This document shows positions 7,934-15,032 of a DNA stretch of 24,000 bases, piece by piece; the first letter of the stretch is position 1, and each line of letters begins with the position of its first letter. A program made the translations under genes and the position numbers. Source of the DNA: an uncultured Rikenellaceae bacterium (GTDB lineage Bacteria; Bacteroidota; Bacteroidia; Bacteroidales; Tenuifilaceae); contig CAZDXY010000015.1 in NCBI GenBank assembly GCA_964509385.1, positions 2,953 to 26,952 of the forward strand, written 5' to 3'. Below the pieces are notes generated by a model that worked only from the letters and a program-made list of their open reading frames with translations, was not told where the DNA came from and did not search any database.

Positions 7934-9022
7934 ATGACAATACCTAGAATAATTATAATATTGGTTTCAGCACTTTGTATTTTTCTTTATGCTTGCAGAG
8001 AGATTTACGAACCTACTATTGATATTAAAGGGAATGCTCTTGTTGTTCAGGGATTAATTACTGATCAACCTGGACCATATCACATTAAACTAACAACCAC
8101 AATTCCTTTCAACTCTGGACAAAAATCTGTTCCTGTTGAAGGCGCACAAGTTTCTGTAGATGACGATCAGGGTGCAACTTATATCTTCAGTGAGGTTTTT
8201 CCGGGTGAATATCGCTCATCAGAGACGATGATTGGAATGATTGGAAGAAGTTATACTTTAAATATACATACTCAGGATGGTAATAATTACACATCCTCAC
8301 CCCAAACAATGCTGCCAAGCATAGATATCTTATCAATAAAACCAGAAATAGCCATAAAAACTGAAGTTTATGAGGACGAGCTTGGCAATCTGGTTCTCAG
8401 GGAAATTCAGGGCGTCAATGCGATCCTTCAGGTGGATGAAAATTATGAAAACAATCCCATGATACGTTTCGATTCAAAGATCGTAGTACAATATGTTTAC
8501 CCTTCGGGTGAAGATCCACCTGAAGGACCCGGACCGTTATGGTATTGCTGGAAAATATACGAACAGGCACAAGGTATTTATAACATTAACTTTCCTACTG
8601 TCGATAATACTCCTGGAGATATTAGCAACACAGTTGTTGCTTTTATTCCTAGAAGATCGGTTAAGTATTATTCTCTTCCCTGGGATAGATTAATTCAAGG
8701 TATACTACTTAAAGTTTCTGTTTACACACTAAACCAAAACTCTTATCAATATTACTACGAAGTAATAAAACAGATTAATTCCGATGAAAGTTTATTTTCT
8801 CCTATTCCTTCACAAATAAATAGTAATATGAGATGTGTTAATGATCCCAATAAAATTGTAGTTGGGCATTTCGAAGCTTCTTCTGAAATAACGAATGGAT
8901 ATATTGTAAGGGATCGGTTTTATCCTGAGCAAGTAAATTTCGAACTGACAAATAAGCTGGATTCAATTCCCCCATCAAATTGTTTTGATAATGTTAAACC
9001 TGATTTTTGGGTAAATAACTAA
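7934..9022 (+). CDS. DUF4249-family lipoprotein
   Basis: 362 aa with a lipobox-like FLYAC. The N-terminal pattern ALVVQGLITDQPGPYHIKLTTTIPF...PVEGAQVSVDDDQGATYIFSE..PGEYRS...GRSYTLNIHTQDGNNYTS matches my recollection of the DUF4249 family, which typically follows CarboxypepD_reg TonB-dependent receptors. Starts 12 nt after the receptor stop. Confidence 0.72.
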   Translation: MTIPRIIIILVSALCIFLYACREIYEPTIDIKGNALVVQGLITDQPGPYHIKLTTTIPFNSGQKSVPVEGAQVSVDDDQGATYIFSEVFPGEYRSSETMIGMIGRSYTLNIHTQDGNNYTSSPQTMLPSIDILSIKPEIAIKTEVYEDELGNLVLREIQGVNAILQVDENYENNPMIRFDSKIVVQYVYPSGEDPPEGPGPLWYCWKIYEQAQGIYNINFPTVDNTPGDISNTVVAFIPRRSVKYYSLPWDRLIQGILLKVSVYTLNQNSYQYYYEVIKQINSDESLFSPIPSQINSNMRCVNDPNKIVVGHFEASSEITNGYIVRDRFYPEQVNFELTNKLDSIPPSNCFDNVKPDFWVNN

Positions 9023-9029
9023 TATTATT

Positions 9030-11312
9030 ATGCTAATTAATAAAACAATAATAACAAGTTTTCTAGTTATCTTCCTTTTAACCGATGGATTTTGCAATGC
9101 AAAATTTGCTCTTTCAGAATTTGTACCCAACGAAAATTTATATATACATACCGATAAAGATATTTACTTCTCGGGGGATAGAGTTTTTTTCAAAACCTAT
9201 CTAAACGTTGGAAAAGACGTTAACAATTCCCTAATAAGCAAAGTTTTATACATTGCCTCTTATGCTCCAAACGGAAGCATGATTGATAGCATTGAAATGT
9301 TCTCTCCAAATCTTTTTAATCATGGAAGTTTTTTCCTTCCCGATACTTTAAAAACTGGATTATATAGATTAGTTGGTTGGACAAATAATATGCTTATTAC
9401 AAATACGCCCTTTTTTGTTAAACAAATCATTGTGATAAACAGATTCGATGAAGATCCTATAAAAACCATTGGATTATACTGTCAAAAACCCATTGAAGTT
9501 ATTGTAGAAGGTGGTGGACTTACATATGGTATAGAAAATCAATTGGCTGTTCTTTACTACAATCAAGATTTCACTGAAAAGCATGCATATATAATTGAAA
9601 ATGATTCGGATACAACAACGACTTTTGAAATTAATGATTTAGGTTTCTCGATATTTTCTTTTACTCCTGAATCAAAAAAAGATTATTCCATTCACTTTCC
9701 AAAGAAAGATCCAATTAAAATCCCCTCAAATACTCTTGAAAAGAACTTATTAATGATTCGACAATCAGAAGGGGATCAAATTTCAGTGCTTGTTCAACCC
9801 TCAAAATCCACAAATAATGTTTTTATTAAAATCTCGCAAGGAAATGTAATCCTAAAAGAAAGCTATGTCGATTTAAAACAAACAGTCAATGAGTTTAAAT
9901 TTGATGCTGGTAAATTCCCTTTGGGGCTCCTAACCATTGCCCTTTTAGATTCAAACAGAGATGTTATAAAGGAGGAATTTTATGTTAATCGCATGAATTG
10001 TCAAGGCATTAAAGTCAATACAGATAAAGAAAATTATGGCACAAGGGAAAAGGTTAACCTAATATTTAACAAATCCATCCTTACAGCTGATATTGCATCT
10101 GCATCTCTATCGGTTACAAGGGATGAAACGCTTTTGGCAAATAACTCACCAAGCATTCATTCCTTCAATGAATTTGATAATAAAGAAAATCATTACTACG
10201 TAACAAATTACGCTATTAACTCTTTCGTAACCAAGGATTACTCATTAATACCTTCTCAAAGATTTCAGAATTTACAATTTGAGATGATTATTCCTGAAAA
10301 CCATGGTTCGATTTTAAGTGGAAAAGTTATTGACAAAACCTCAAGATTACCCATTTCTAGAGCAATTGTTTTTCTTTCCACTCAGGATACCATTGTTAAT
10401 TTGAAATATTCAGAAACATACCTAGATGGCTCTTTCTTCTTTCTAATGACCGATTACTATAAGAACAAGGGCATTTACCTTAGCATATATGATCCTTTGA
10501 ATTTGTATAATGCAGAAATAGTAATTAGAAATAAGTTTAATCCTCTACCCTATACACCAAACAAAATAATAGTACACAATAATCTATCTCAATATATTGA
10601 GGACACTAAAATAATAAAACGTGTTCAAAAATCTTTTGGAATAAATCATTTGCCACAAGAAAGTCATCGGTTAAAAGTAAAACAATCAATACCAACACTT
10701 TACCATAATCCTACCTTTAAATATAAAACATTAGATTATGTATCATTGGATAACTTTTCGGAAATAGCATACGAAATAATCCCTATACTTAGAATAAGGA
10801 AAGAGAAAGGGAAATTCACTGCAAGAATGATAAATTCAAGCACAAGGGAATTCTTCCCTCAGGAACCAGTAATTTTTCTAAATGGAGTCTACATGTCAAA
10901 TATTAATGACATTATACACCTATCATCAAAAGATATTAAATCGATTGAACTTATTAGTCATTCTAGCATCCTGGGAAATATTGAATTTAATGGAATCCTT
11001 TCGATTTTTACAAATGAACCTGCAGATAATATCTTCCAAAAAGACCATAAAAAGCCAGTGTATTTTAACATAGATAGGGATAAAATAAATTTCTTATCGC
11101 CAAAATACGACGATGATCAAAAAATAGATCAATATTTTCCTGATCTCAGAGAAACCATAACCTGGATTCCAAACCTTGAACTAATCGATGGCTTTCCATC
11201 GAATATCTCATTCTATACTAGTGATGTAGTGGGAAATTATTCAATTATTATCGAAGGAATTTTAATAAATGGAAAACCCTTCTCACAAAGAATACCTTTA
11301 ATTGTTAAATAA
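9030..11312 (+). CDS. Secreted hypothetical protein with MG2 (alpha-2-macroglobulin N-terminal)-like, CarboxypepD_reg-like and Plug-like segments; no beta-barrel
   Basis: 760 aa with a signal peptide. MG2-like: YIHTDKDIYFSGDRVFFKTYL...HGSFFLPDTLKTGLYRLVGW (~9138..9420). Second MG-like: IKVNTDKENYGTREKVNLIF (~10008..10140). CarboxypepD_reg-like: GSILSGKVIDKTSRLPISRAIVFLS...YLDGSFFF (~10305..10490). Plug-like: EPVIFLNGVYMSNINDIIHLSSKDIKSIELISHSSILGNIEFNGILSIFT (~10862..11018). It ends ...IPLIVK with no aromatic OMP terminus. Domain calls are motif-level only. Confidence 0.6.
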   Translation: MLINKTIITSFLVIFLLTDGFCNAKFALSEFVPNENLYIHTDKDIYFSGDRVFFKTYLNVGKDVNNSLISKVLYIASYAPNGSMIDSIEMFSPNLFNHGSFFLPDTLKTGLYRLVGWTNNMLITNTPFFVKQIIVINRFDEDPIKTIGLYCQKPIEVIVEGGGLTYGIENQLAVLYYNQDFTEKHAYIIENDSDTTTTFEINDLGFSIFSFTPESKKDYSIHFPKKDPIKIPSNTLEKNLLMIRQSEGDQISVLVQPSKSTNNVFIKISQGNVILKESYVDLKQTVNEFKFDAGKFPLGLLTIALLDSNRDVIKEEFYVNRMNCQGIKVNTDKENYGTREKVNLIFNKSILTADIASASLSVTRDETLLANNSPSIHSFNEFDNKENHYYVTNYAINSFVTKDYSLIPSQRFQNLQFEMIIPENHGSILSGKVIDKTSRLPISRAIVFLSTQDTIVNLKYSETYLDGSFFFLMTDYYKNKGIYLSIYDPLNLYNAEIVIRNKFNPLPYTPNKIIVHNNLSQYIEDTKIIKRVQKSFGINHLPQESHRLKVKQSIPTLYHNPTFKYKTLDYVSLDNFSEIAYEIIPILRIRKEKGKFTARMINSSTREFFPQEPVIFLNGVYMSNINDIIHLSSKDIKSIELISHSSILGNIEFNGILSIFTNEPADNIFQKDHKKPVYFNIDRDKINFLSPKYDDDQKIDQYFPDLRETITWIPNLELIDGFPSNISFYTSDVVGNYSIIIEGILINGKPFSQRIPLIVK

Positions 11313-11314
11313 AA

Positions 11315-12034
11315 ATGAGTAATAGAAAAATATTTTTGCCCCTAGCAATAAATTTGCTTTTTCAGATAATTGGTTTTACTCAAACTAATAATACCGTTGA
11401 AATAATTGAAAAATTGAATGAATCTCACCTTTTTGGTGAAATTGTTTACAAACAAAAACCCACAAAGGGTAGTCAACTCTTACTTGAAAGTTGGAGTGAG
11501 GGAACTGTAATCCTGAAAAATGGATTCATTTCAAATAATAATCTTTTAAACTATAACGGGTACATTGATCAAGTACTTTGGTTCAATTCATCAAAAGTTA
11601 GAACAGTTATCCTTGAAAAGGAAGCCATTCATGAATTTTCACTATTCGATACGAAAACAAAAGACACTTTAATTTTCAGAAATATTGAAGCAAAGGTACC
11701 ATTCTACAGTTTACCGCCTAGTTTTTTTGCTCAAGTATTATACGAAGGAAACATTGTCCTATTTGTTTTTAGACAGATTATTGATGCAGGTATTTATTCG
11801 TACCAAGAGAATAATAGCACTTTTGAAATTCCGATAGTAAAACCAAGAAATTTATACTTCATCAAACTAGCTAATAATGATGTTATTCCTATAAAGAAAA
11901 TCAACAAAAGATCAATTTTTAATGCCCTTCCTTCAGAAAAAGATCATATAAAAAAATTTATAAGTCATAACAAGTTTTCCATAAAGAATGAGAAAGATCT
12001 AATAAGAATTATCAACTTTCTTGATATCGAATAA
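11315..12034 (+). CDS. Small secreted hypothetical protein (recurrent Bacteroidota family, no named domain recognised)
   Basis: 239 aa with a signal peptide (LAINLLFQIIGFTQ). The pattern GSQLLLESWSEGTVILKNG...LLNYNGYIDQVLWF ... and the C-terminal K-rich tail ...KKFISHNKFSIKNEKDLIRIINFLD resemble uncharacterised Bacteroidota proteins I recall. Starts 2 nt after the upstream stop. Confidence 0.55.
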   Translation: MSNRKIFLPLAINLLFQIIGFTQTNNTVEIIEKLNESHLFGEIVYKQKPTKGSQLLLESWSEGTVILKNGFISNNNLLNYNGYIDQVLWFNSSKVRTVILEKEAIHEFSLFDTKTKDTLIFRNIEAKVPFYSLPPSFFAQVLYEGNIVLFVFRQIIDAGIYSYQENNSTFEIPIVKPRNLYFIKLANNDVIPIKKINKRSIFNALPSEKDHIKKFISHNKFSIKNEKDLIRIINFLDIE

Positions 12035-12051
12035 AAAAAATTTAAGAAAAA

Positions 12052-12083
12052 CTTGACATTTATGTTATATATTTCTAACTTTG
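12052..12083 (+). promoter_or_regulatory. Bacteroidota-type promoter for the membrane-protein/XRE bicistron
   Basis: cTTG (12052..12055) - N20 - TAACTTTG (12076..12083). The -7 box is an exact TAnnTTTG match, 34 nt before ATG 12117. Confidence 0.5.
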
Positions 12084-12102
12084 TGTTAGAATTTTATAAC
12101 AT
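12062..12102. promoter_or_regulatory. 41-bp imperfect palindrome (candidate operator) overlapping the -7 box
   Basis: The left arm is atgttatatatttctaac (12062..12079). The right arm is gttagaattttataacat (12085..12102). 16 of 18 positions are complementary, with a 5-nt centre tttgt. The inner 7 bp (ttctaac/gttagaa) are perfect. Confidence 0.5.
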
Positions 12103-12116
12103 TAAATCCAAAAAAA

Positions 12117-12515
12117 ATGAAAAGATCAACATTAATTTTTATCATTGCAGCACTTGTATTGATTACAAGTGCAATCTGGTTTTTCTTAAGCTATAAAGGG
12201 TCAAGTATTATGGAAAACTTCCATTTTCTTGTAATTACCCTTTTAGTTGTATTTGCTCTCTTCATTGGAGTTAAACGAATTTCAAGTGAAAAACGGGGTG
12301 AACCTAGTGAGGATGAAATGTCGAAAAAAGTGATGCAGAAAGCCGCTTCGCTTTCGTACTTCATTTCCCTGTATTTGTGGGTCTTCATGATCTACATCAA
12401 GGATAAAGTAACCATGGATGTTGAAGTGCTAATGGGTTCAGGAATTCTTGGTATGGCTGTAATCTTTGCGCTAAGTTGGCTCTACTTTAACTTTAGAGGT
12501 ATAAGAAATGGATAA
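12117..12515 (+). CDS. Small 4-TM membrane protein (DUF2178-like)
   Basis: 132 aa with four hydrophobic segments. The central charged loop [22 protein letters not shown] is reminiscent of DUF2178-type proteins that pair with short XRE regulators. Its stop overlaps the next gene's start. Confidence 0.6.
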   Translation: MKRSTLIFIIAALVLITSAIWFFLSYKGSSIMENFHFLVITLLVVFALFIGVKRISSEKRGEPSEDEMSKKVMQKAASLSYFISLYLWVFMIYIKDKVTMDVEVLMGSGILGMAVIFALSWLYFNFRGIRNG

Positions 12516-12705
12516 TCGGATTAAAGAGCTGCGAGCCAGATTTAACCTTACCCAAGATGACCTTGCCAGAAAAGTAAATGTGCGAAGGGAAACCATTGTT
12601 TTTCTGGAGAAGGGTAAATATAACCCCTCACTTAAACTGGCATGGGATATCGCACAGGTTTTTGGCGAAAAAATCGAAGATATATTTTTATTTACAGAGG
12701 AATAA
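12508..12705 (+). CDS. Short XRE-family helix-turn-helix transcriptional regulator
   Basis: 65 aa. [58 protein letters not shown] is a canonical HTH_3/XRE (COG1476-like) sequence. There is an 8-nt overlap (ATGGATAA) with the upstream membrane-protein gene. Confidence 0.88.
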   Translation: MDNRIKELRARFNLTQDDLARKVNVRRETIVFLEKGKYNPSLKLAWDIAQVFGEKIEDIFLFTEE

Positions 12706-12706
12706 T

Positions 12707-12745
12707 TGTACCCGTCAGATCGCTTTTGTAGGTCTGACGGGTATA
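12707..12745. terminator. Bidirectional intrinsic terminator hairpin between the XRE gene (+) and lpdA (-)
   Basis: The stem tacccgtcagatc (12709..12721) pairs with ggtctgacgggta (12731..12743), with one G-U pair and a 9-nt loop gcttttgta. It sits between stops at 12705 (+) and 12750 (-). Confidence 0.65.
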
Positions 12746-12749
12746 TGCT

Positions 12750-14138
12750 TTACATATGAATCACCTCGCCATAAGCTGCAGCAGCAGCTTCCATAATGGC
12801 CTCACTCATGGTTGGATGTGGATGAATGCTTTTAATAAGTTCATGACCTGTAGTCTCAAGATTACGGGCTACAACCATCTCTGCAATCATTTCGGTTACA
12901 TTTCCACCAATCATGTGTGCCCCTAGCAATTCACCATATTTGGCGTCAAAAATAAGCTTCACAAAGCCATCGTGCATACCTGCTGCGGTTGCTTTTCCTG
13001 ATGCGGTAAAGGGAAACTTACCAACCTTAATCTCATATCCTGCCTCTTGGGCAGCCTTTTCGGTCATGCCCACCGATGAAACCTCGGGCATGGTGTAGGT
13101 ACAACCAGGGATATTCTTATAGTTTATTGGGTGCACATCCATTCCTGCAATCTTCTCAACACAAACAATACCCTCGGCAGATGCCACGTGAGCAAGTGCT
13201 GGGCCTGGAATGATATCACCAATTGCGTAAATTCCGTCAATGTTGGTACGATAATACTCATCAACCTTCACCCTGCCATTTTCAATGGCAACGCCTACCT
13301 CTTCAAGTCCAATCCCTTCAATGTTAGGAGTAATACCCACAGCCGATAATACGATCTCGGACTCAACAACTTCCTCGCCTTTCCTGGTTTTTATGGTAAC
13401 CCTGCAAAGATCACCGCTGGTGTCAACCGCTTCAACGGTTGAATCAGTCATTACCTTTATCTTTGCTTTTTTGAATGAACGCTCAAGGGTTTTGGAAACC
13501 TCTTCATCCTCAAGAGGTACAACATTTGGCATGAATTCAACTAAAGTAACCTCTGTGCCAATGGCATTGTAGAAGTATGCAAATTCACTACCAATTGCAC
13601 CAGAACCTACAACCACCATCGACTTAGGCTGTTTAGGAAGAGAAAGCGCTTGGCGGTAGCCAATAATTTTTCCTCCATCCTGCTTGAGATTGGGTAATTC
13701 CCGAGACCGTGCTCCTGTGGCAAAAATGATATGTTTGGCTGTATATTCTTGGTTTTTTCCATCCAAACCCGTTACGATAACAACACCCTTACTCTTTAGC
13801 TTACCAAAACCAGCTATAACATCAATCTTATTTTTTTTGAAAAGGAACTGTATACCCTTACTCATGCTATCAGCTACTCCACGGCTTCGTTCAATCATTT
13901 TTGCAAAATCGGGTTTTACATCGCTTGCCATAACACCATACTCAAGGGCATGCTGAGCATACTCGTAAACTTGAGCGCTTTTTAAAAGCGCCTTGGTAGG
14001 AATACATCCCCAATTGAGGCAGATTCCACCGAGGTTTTCCTTCTCCACAACTCCAACCTTTAAACCCAATTGGCTAGCTCTAATTGCTGCCACGTAACCC
14101 CCAGGGCCACTCCCAATAACAATAACATCGTAGTTCAT
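12750..14138 (-). CDS. lpdA: Dihydrolipoyl dehydrogenase (E3)
   Basis: 462 aa. It has the FAD motif VIVIGSGPGGYVAA, the redox-active disulfide GGICLNWGCIPTKALL, a second dinucleotide motif VVVGSGAIGSEFA and a C-terminal HPHPTMSE interface motif. Confidence 0.93.
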   Translation of the reverse strand: MNYDVIVIGSGPGGYVAAIRASQLGLKVGVVEKENLGGICLNWGCIPTKALLKSAQVYEYAQHALEYGVMASDVKPDFAKMIERSRGVADSMSKGIQFLFKKNKIDVIAGFGKLKSKGVVIVTGLDGKNQEYTAKHIIFATGARSRELPNLKQDGGKIIGYRQALSLPKQPKSMVVVGSGAIGSEFAYFYNAIGTEVTLVEFMPNVVPLEDEEVSKTLERSFKKAKIKVMTDSTVEAVDTSGDLCRVTIKTRKGEEVVESEIVLSAVGITPNIEGIGLEEVGVAIENGRVKVDEYYRTNIDGIYAIGDIIPGPALAHVASAEGIVCVEKIAGMDVHPINYKNIPGCTYTMPEVSSVGMTEKAAQEAGYEIKVGKFPFTASGKATAAGMHDGFVKLIFDAKYGELLGAHMIGGNVTEMIAEMVVARNLETTGHELIKSIHPHPTMSEAIMEAAAAAYGEVIHM

Positions 14139-14175
14139 GGTTATTTGCGTATTATTTTGTTCAAAATTTAGTTAA

Positions 14176-15018
14176 TTACAAATTAAATTGATTATGGTTG
14201 ATTTTTTCTCTTAAAAAACGAAAAAATCTAGCTATTAAAAAAATGATTACCAGCGAAATAATAATTGTTGCACCCGAAGGCACGTTCAGTCCATATGAAA
14301 TTAATAGTCCTACCAATGATCCAACAAAACCAATTAATACCGATGCGAATATAATGTTCTTAAATTTCTTAGTAAAAAGGTTTGTTATGGTTGGTGGTAC
14401 TGTGAGCAAAGAAATCAGAAGGATTATACCTACCAATCTAATGCTCAAAACAATGGTCATTGCTAAAAAAGCTTTAAGGATATAAGTAAAGAGTTTCTCT
14501 GGAATTTTCTGTGTTCTTGCAAAGTTTGGATCAAAAGCAAGGTAAAGTATTGGGCGATAAAAAATAATAAAGAACGATATCATTACTATGTCTAGTCCGA
14601 GCAATAAGTATATATCCTGTTTAGAAACAGTAAGAATTGATCCAAAAAGAAAGCTCATAAGGTTTGGAGCATATCCTGGGGTTAAAAAAACAAAGAAAAC
14701 ACCAATTGCCATACCCACTGACCAAAGCATACCAATTGCAGAGTCCTCACGCACCCTAAATTTGGTGGATAATACTTCTACTCCAAATGCAGTAATCACT
14801 GCGAAAACCATTGCCCCAAGAATAGGGTTTAATCCAAGGTAATATGCTATTCCAATACCACCAAAAGAAGCGTGTGTAATGCCACCGCTAAAGAAAACTA
14901 ACCTACGAGCTACGATGTAAGTACCAACCAACCCTGCAGCCACAGAAACCAGTAATGCTGCCCAAAAAGCATTTAATACAAATTGGTATTGAAGTATGTC
15001 TGAAAAAAAACTAAACAT
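14176..15018 (-). CDS. znuB: Metal (Zn/Mn-type) ABC transporter permease, ABC-3 family
   Basis: Polytopic membrane protein typical of ZnuB/TroC. I place the start at the internal ATG (MFSFFSDILQ..., 15018..15016) rather than the ORF-track 15093. The longer form would overlap the upstream ATPase gene by 61 nt and adds a non-hydrophobic Cys/His-rich leader. Metal specificity is inferred only from the neighbouring binding protein. Confidence 0.8.
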   Translation of the reverse strand: MFSFFSDILQYQFVLNAFWAALLVSVAAGLVGTYIVARRLVFFSGGITHASFGGIGIAYYLGLNPILGAMVFAVITAFGVEVLSTKFRVREDSAIGMLWSVGMAIGVFFVFLTPGYAPNLMSFLFGSILTVSKQDIYLLLGLDIVMISFFIIFYRPILYLAFDPNFARTQKIPEKLFTYILKAFLAMTIVLSIRLVGIILLISLLTVPPTITNLFTKKFKNIIFASVLIGFVGSLVGLLISYGLNVPSGATIIISLVIIFLIARFFRFLREKINHNQFNL

Positions 15019-15032
15019 ATTATCCAAATAAA

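Noticed and set aside
12053-12058. TTGACA, a perfect sigma-70 -35 hexamer
   Set aside because: There is no TATAAT-like -10 at 17 bp. The sequence 17 nt downstream is instead the Bacteroidota -7 motif. The TTG of this hexamer is better read as a 3/4 match to the -33 TTTG element.
12062-12102. The 41-bp palindrome as the intrinsic terminator of the 5222-12034 operon
   Set aside because: The hairpin would be almost entirely A-U and is followed by an A-rich rather than U-rich tract on the plus strand. It also overlaps an exact -7 box. An operator role fits better, although some transcript-end function cannot be excluded.
12578-12796. 72-aa plus-strand ORF overlapping the XRE gene, the terminator hairpin and the end of lpdA
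   Set aside because: It is out of frame with a well-supported HTH gene and reads through a terminator stem into the opposite-strand gene. It is not plausible as a gene.
12913-13956. Four plus-strand ORFs (61-95 aa) inside lpdA
   Set aside because: They are antisense to a highly conserved E3 gene in the most GC-rich part of the window, where stop codons are rarer. None has recognisable motifs.
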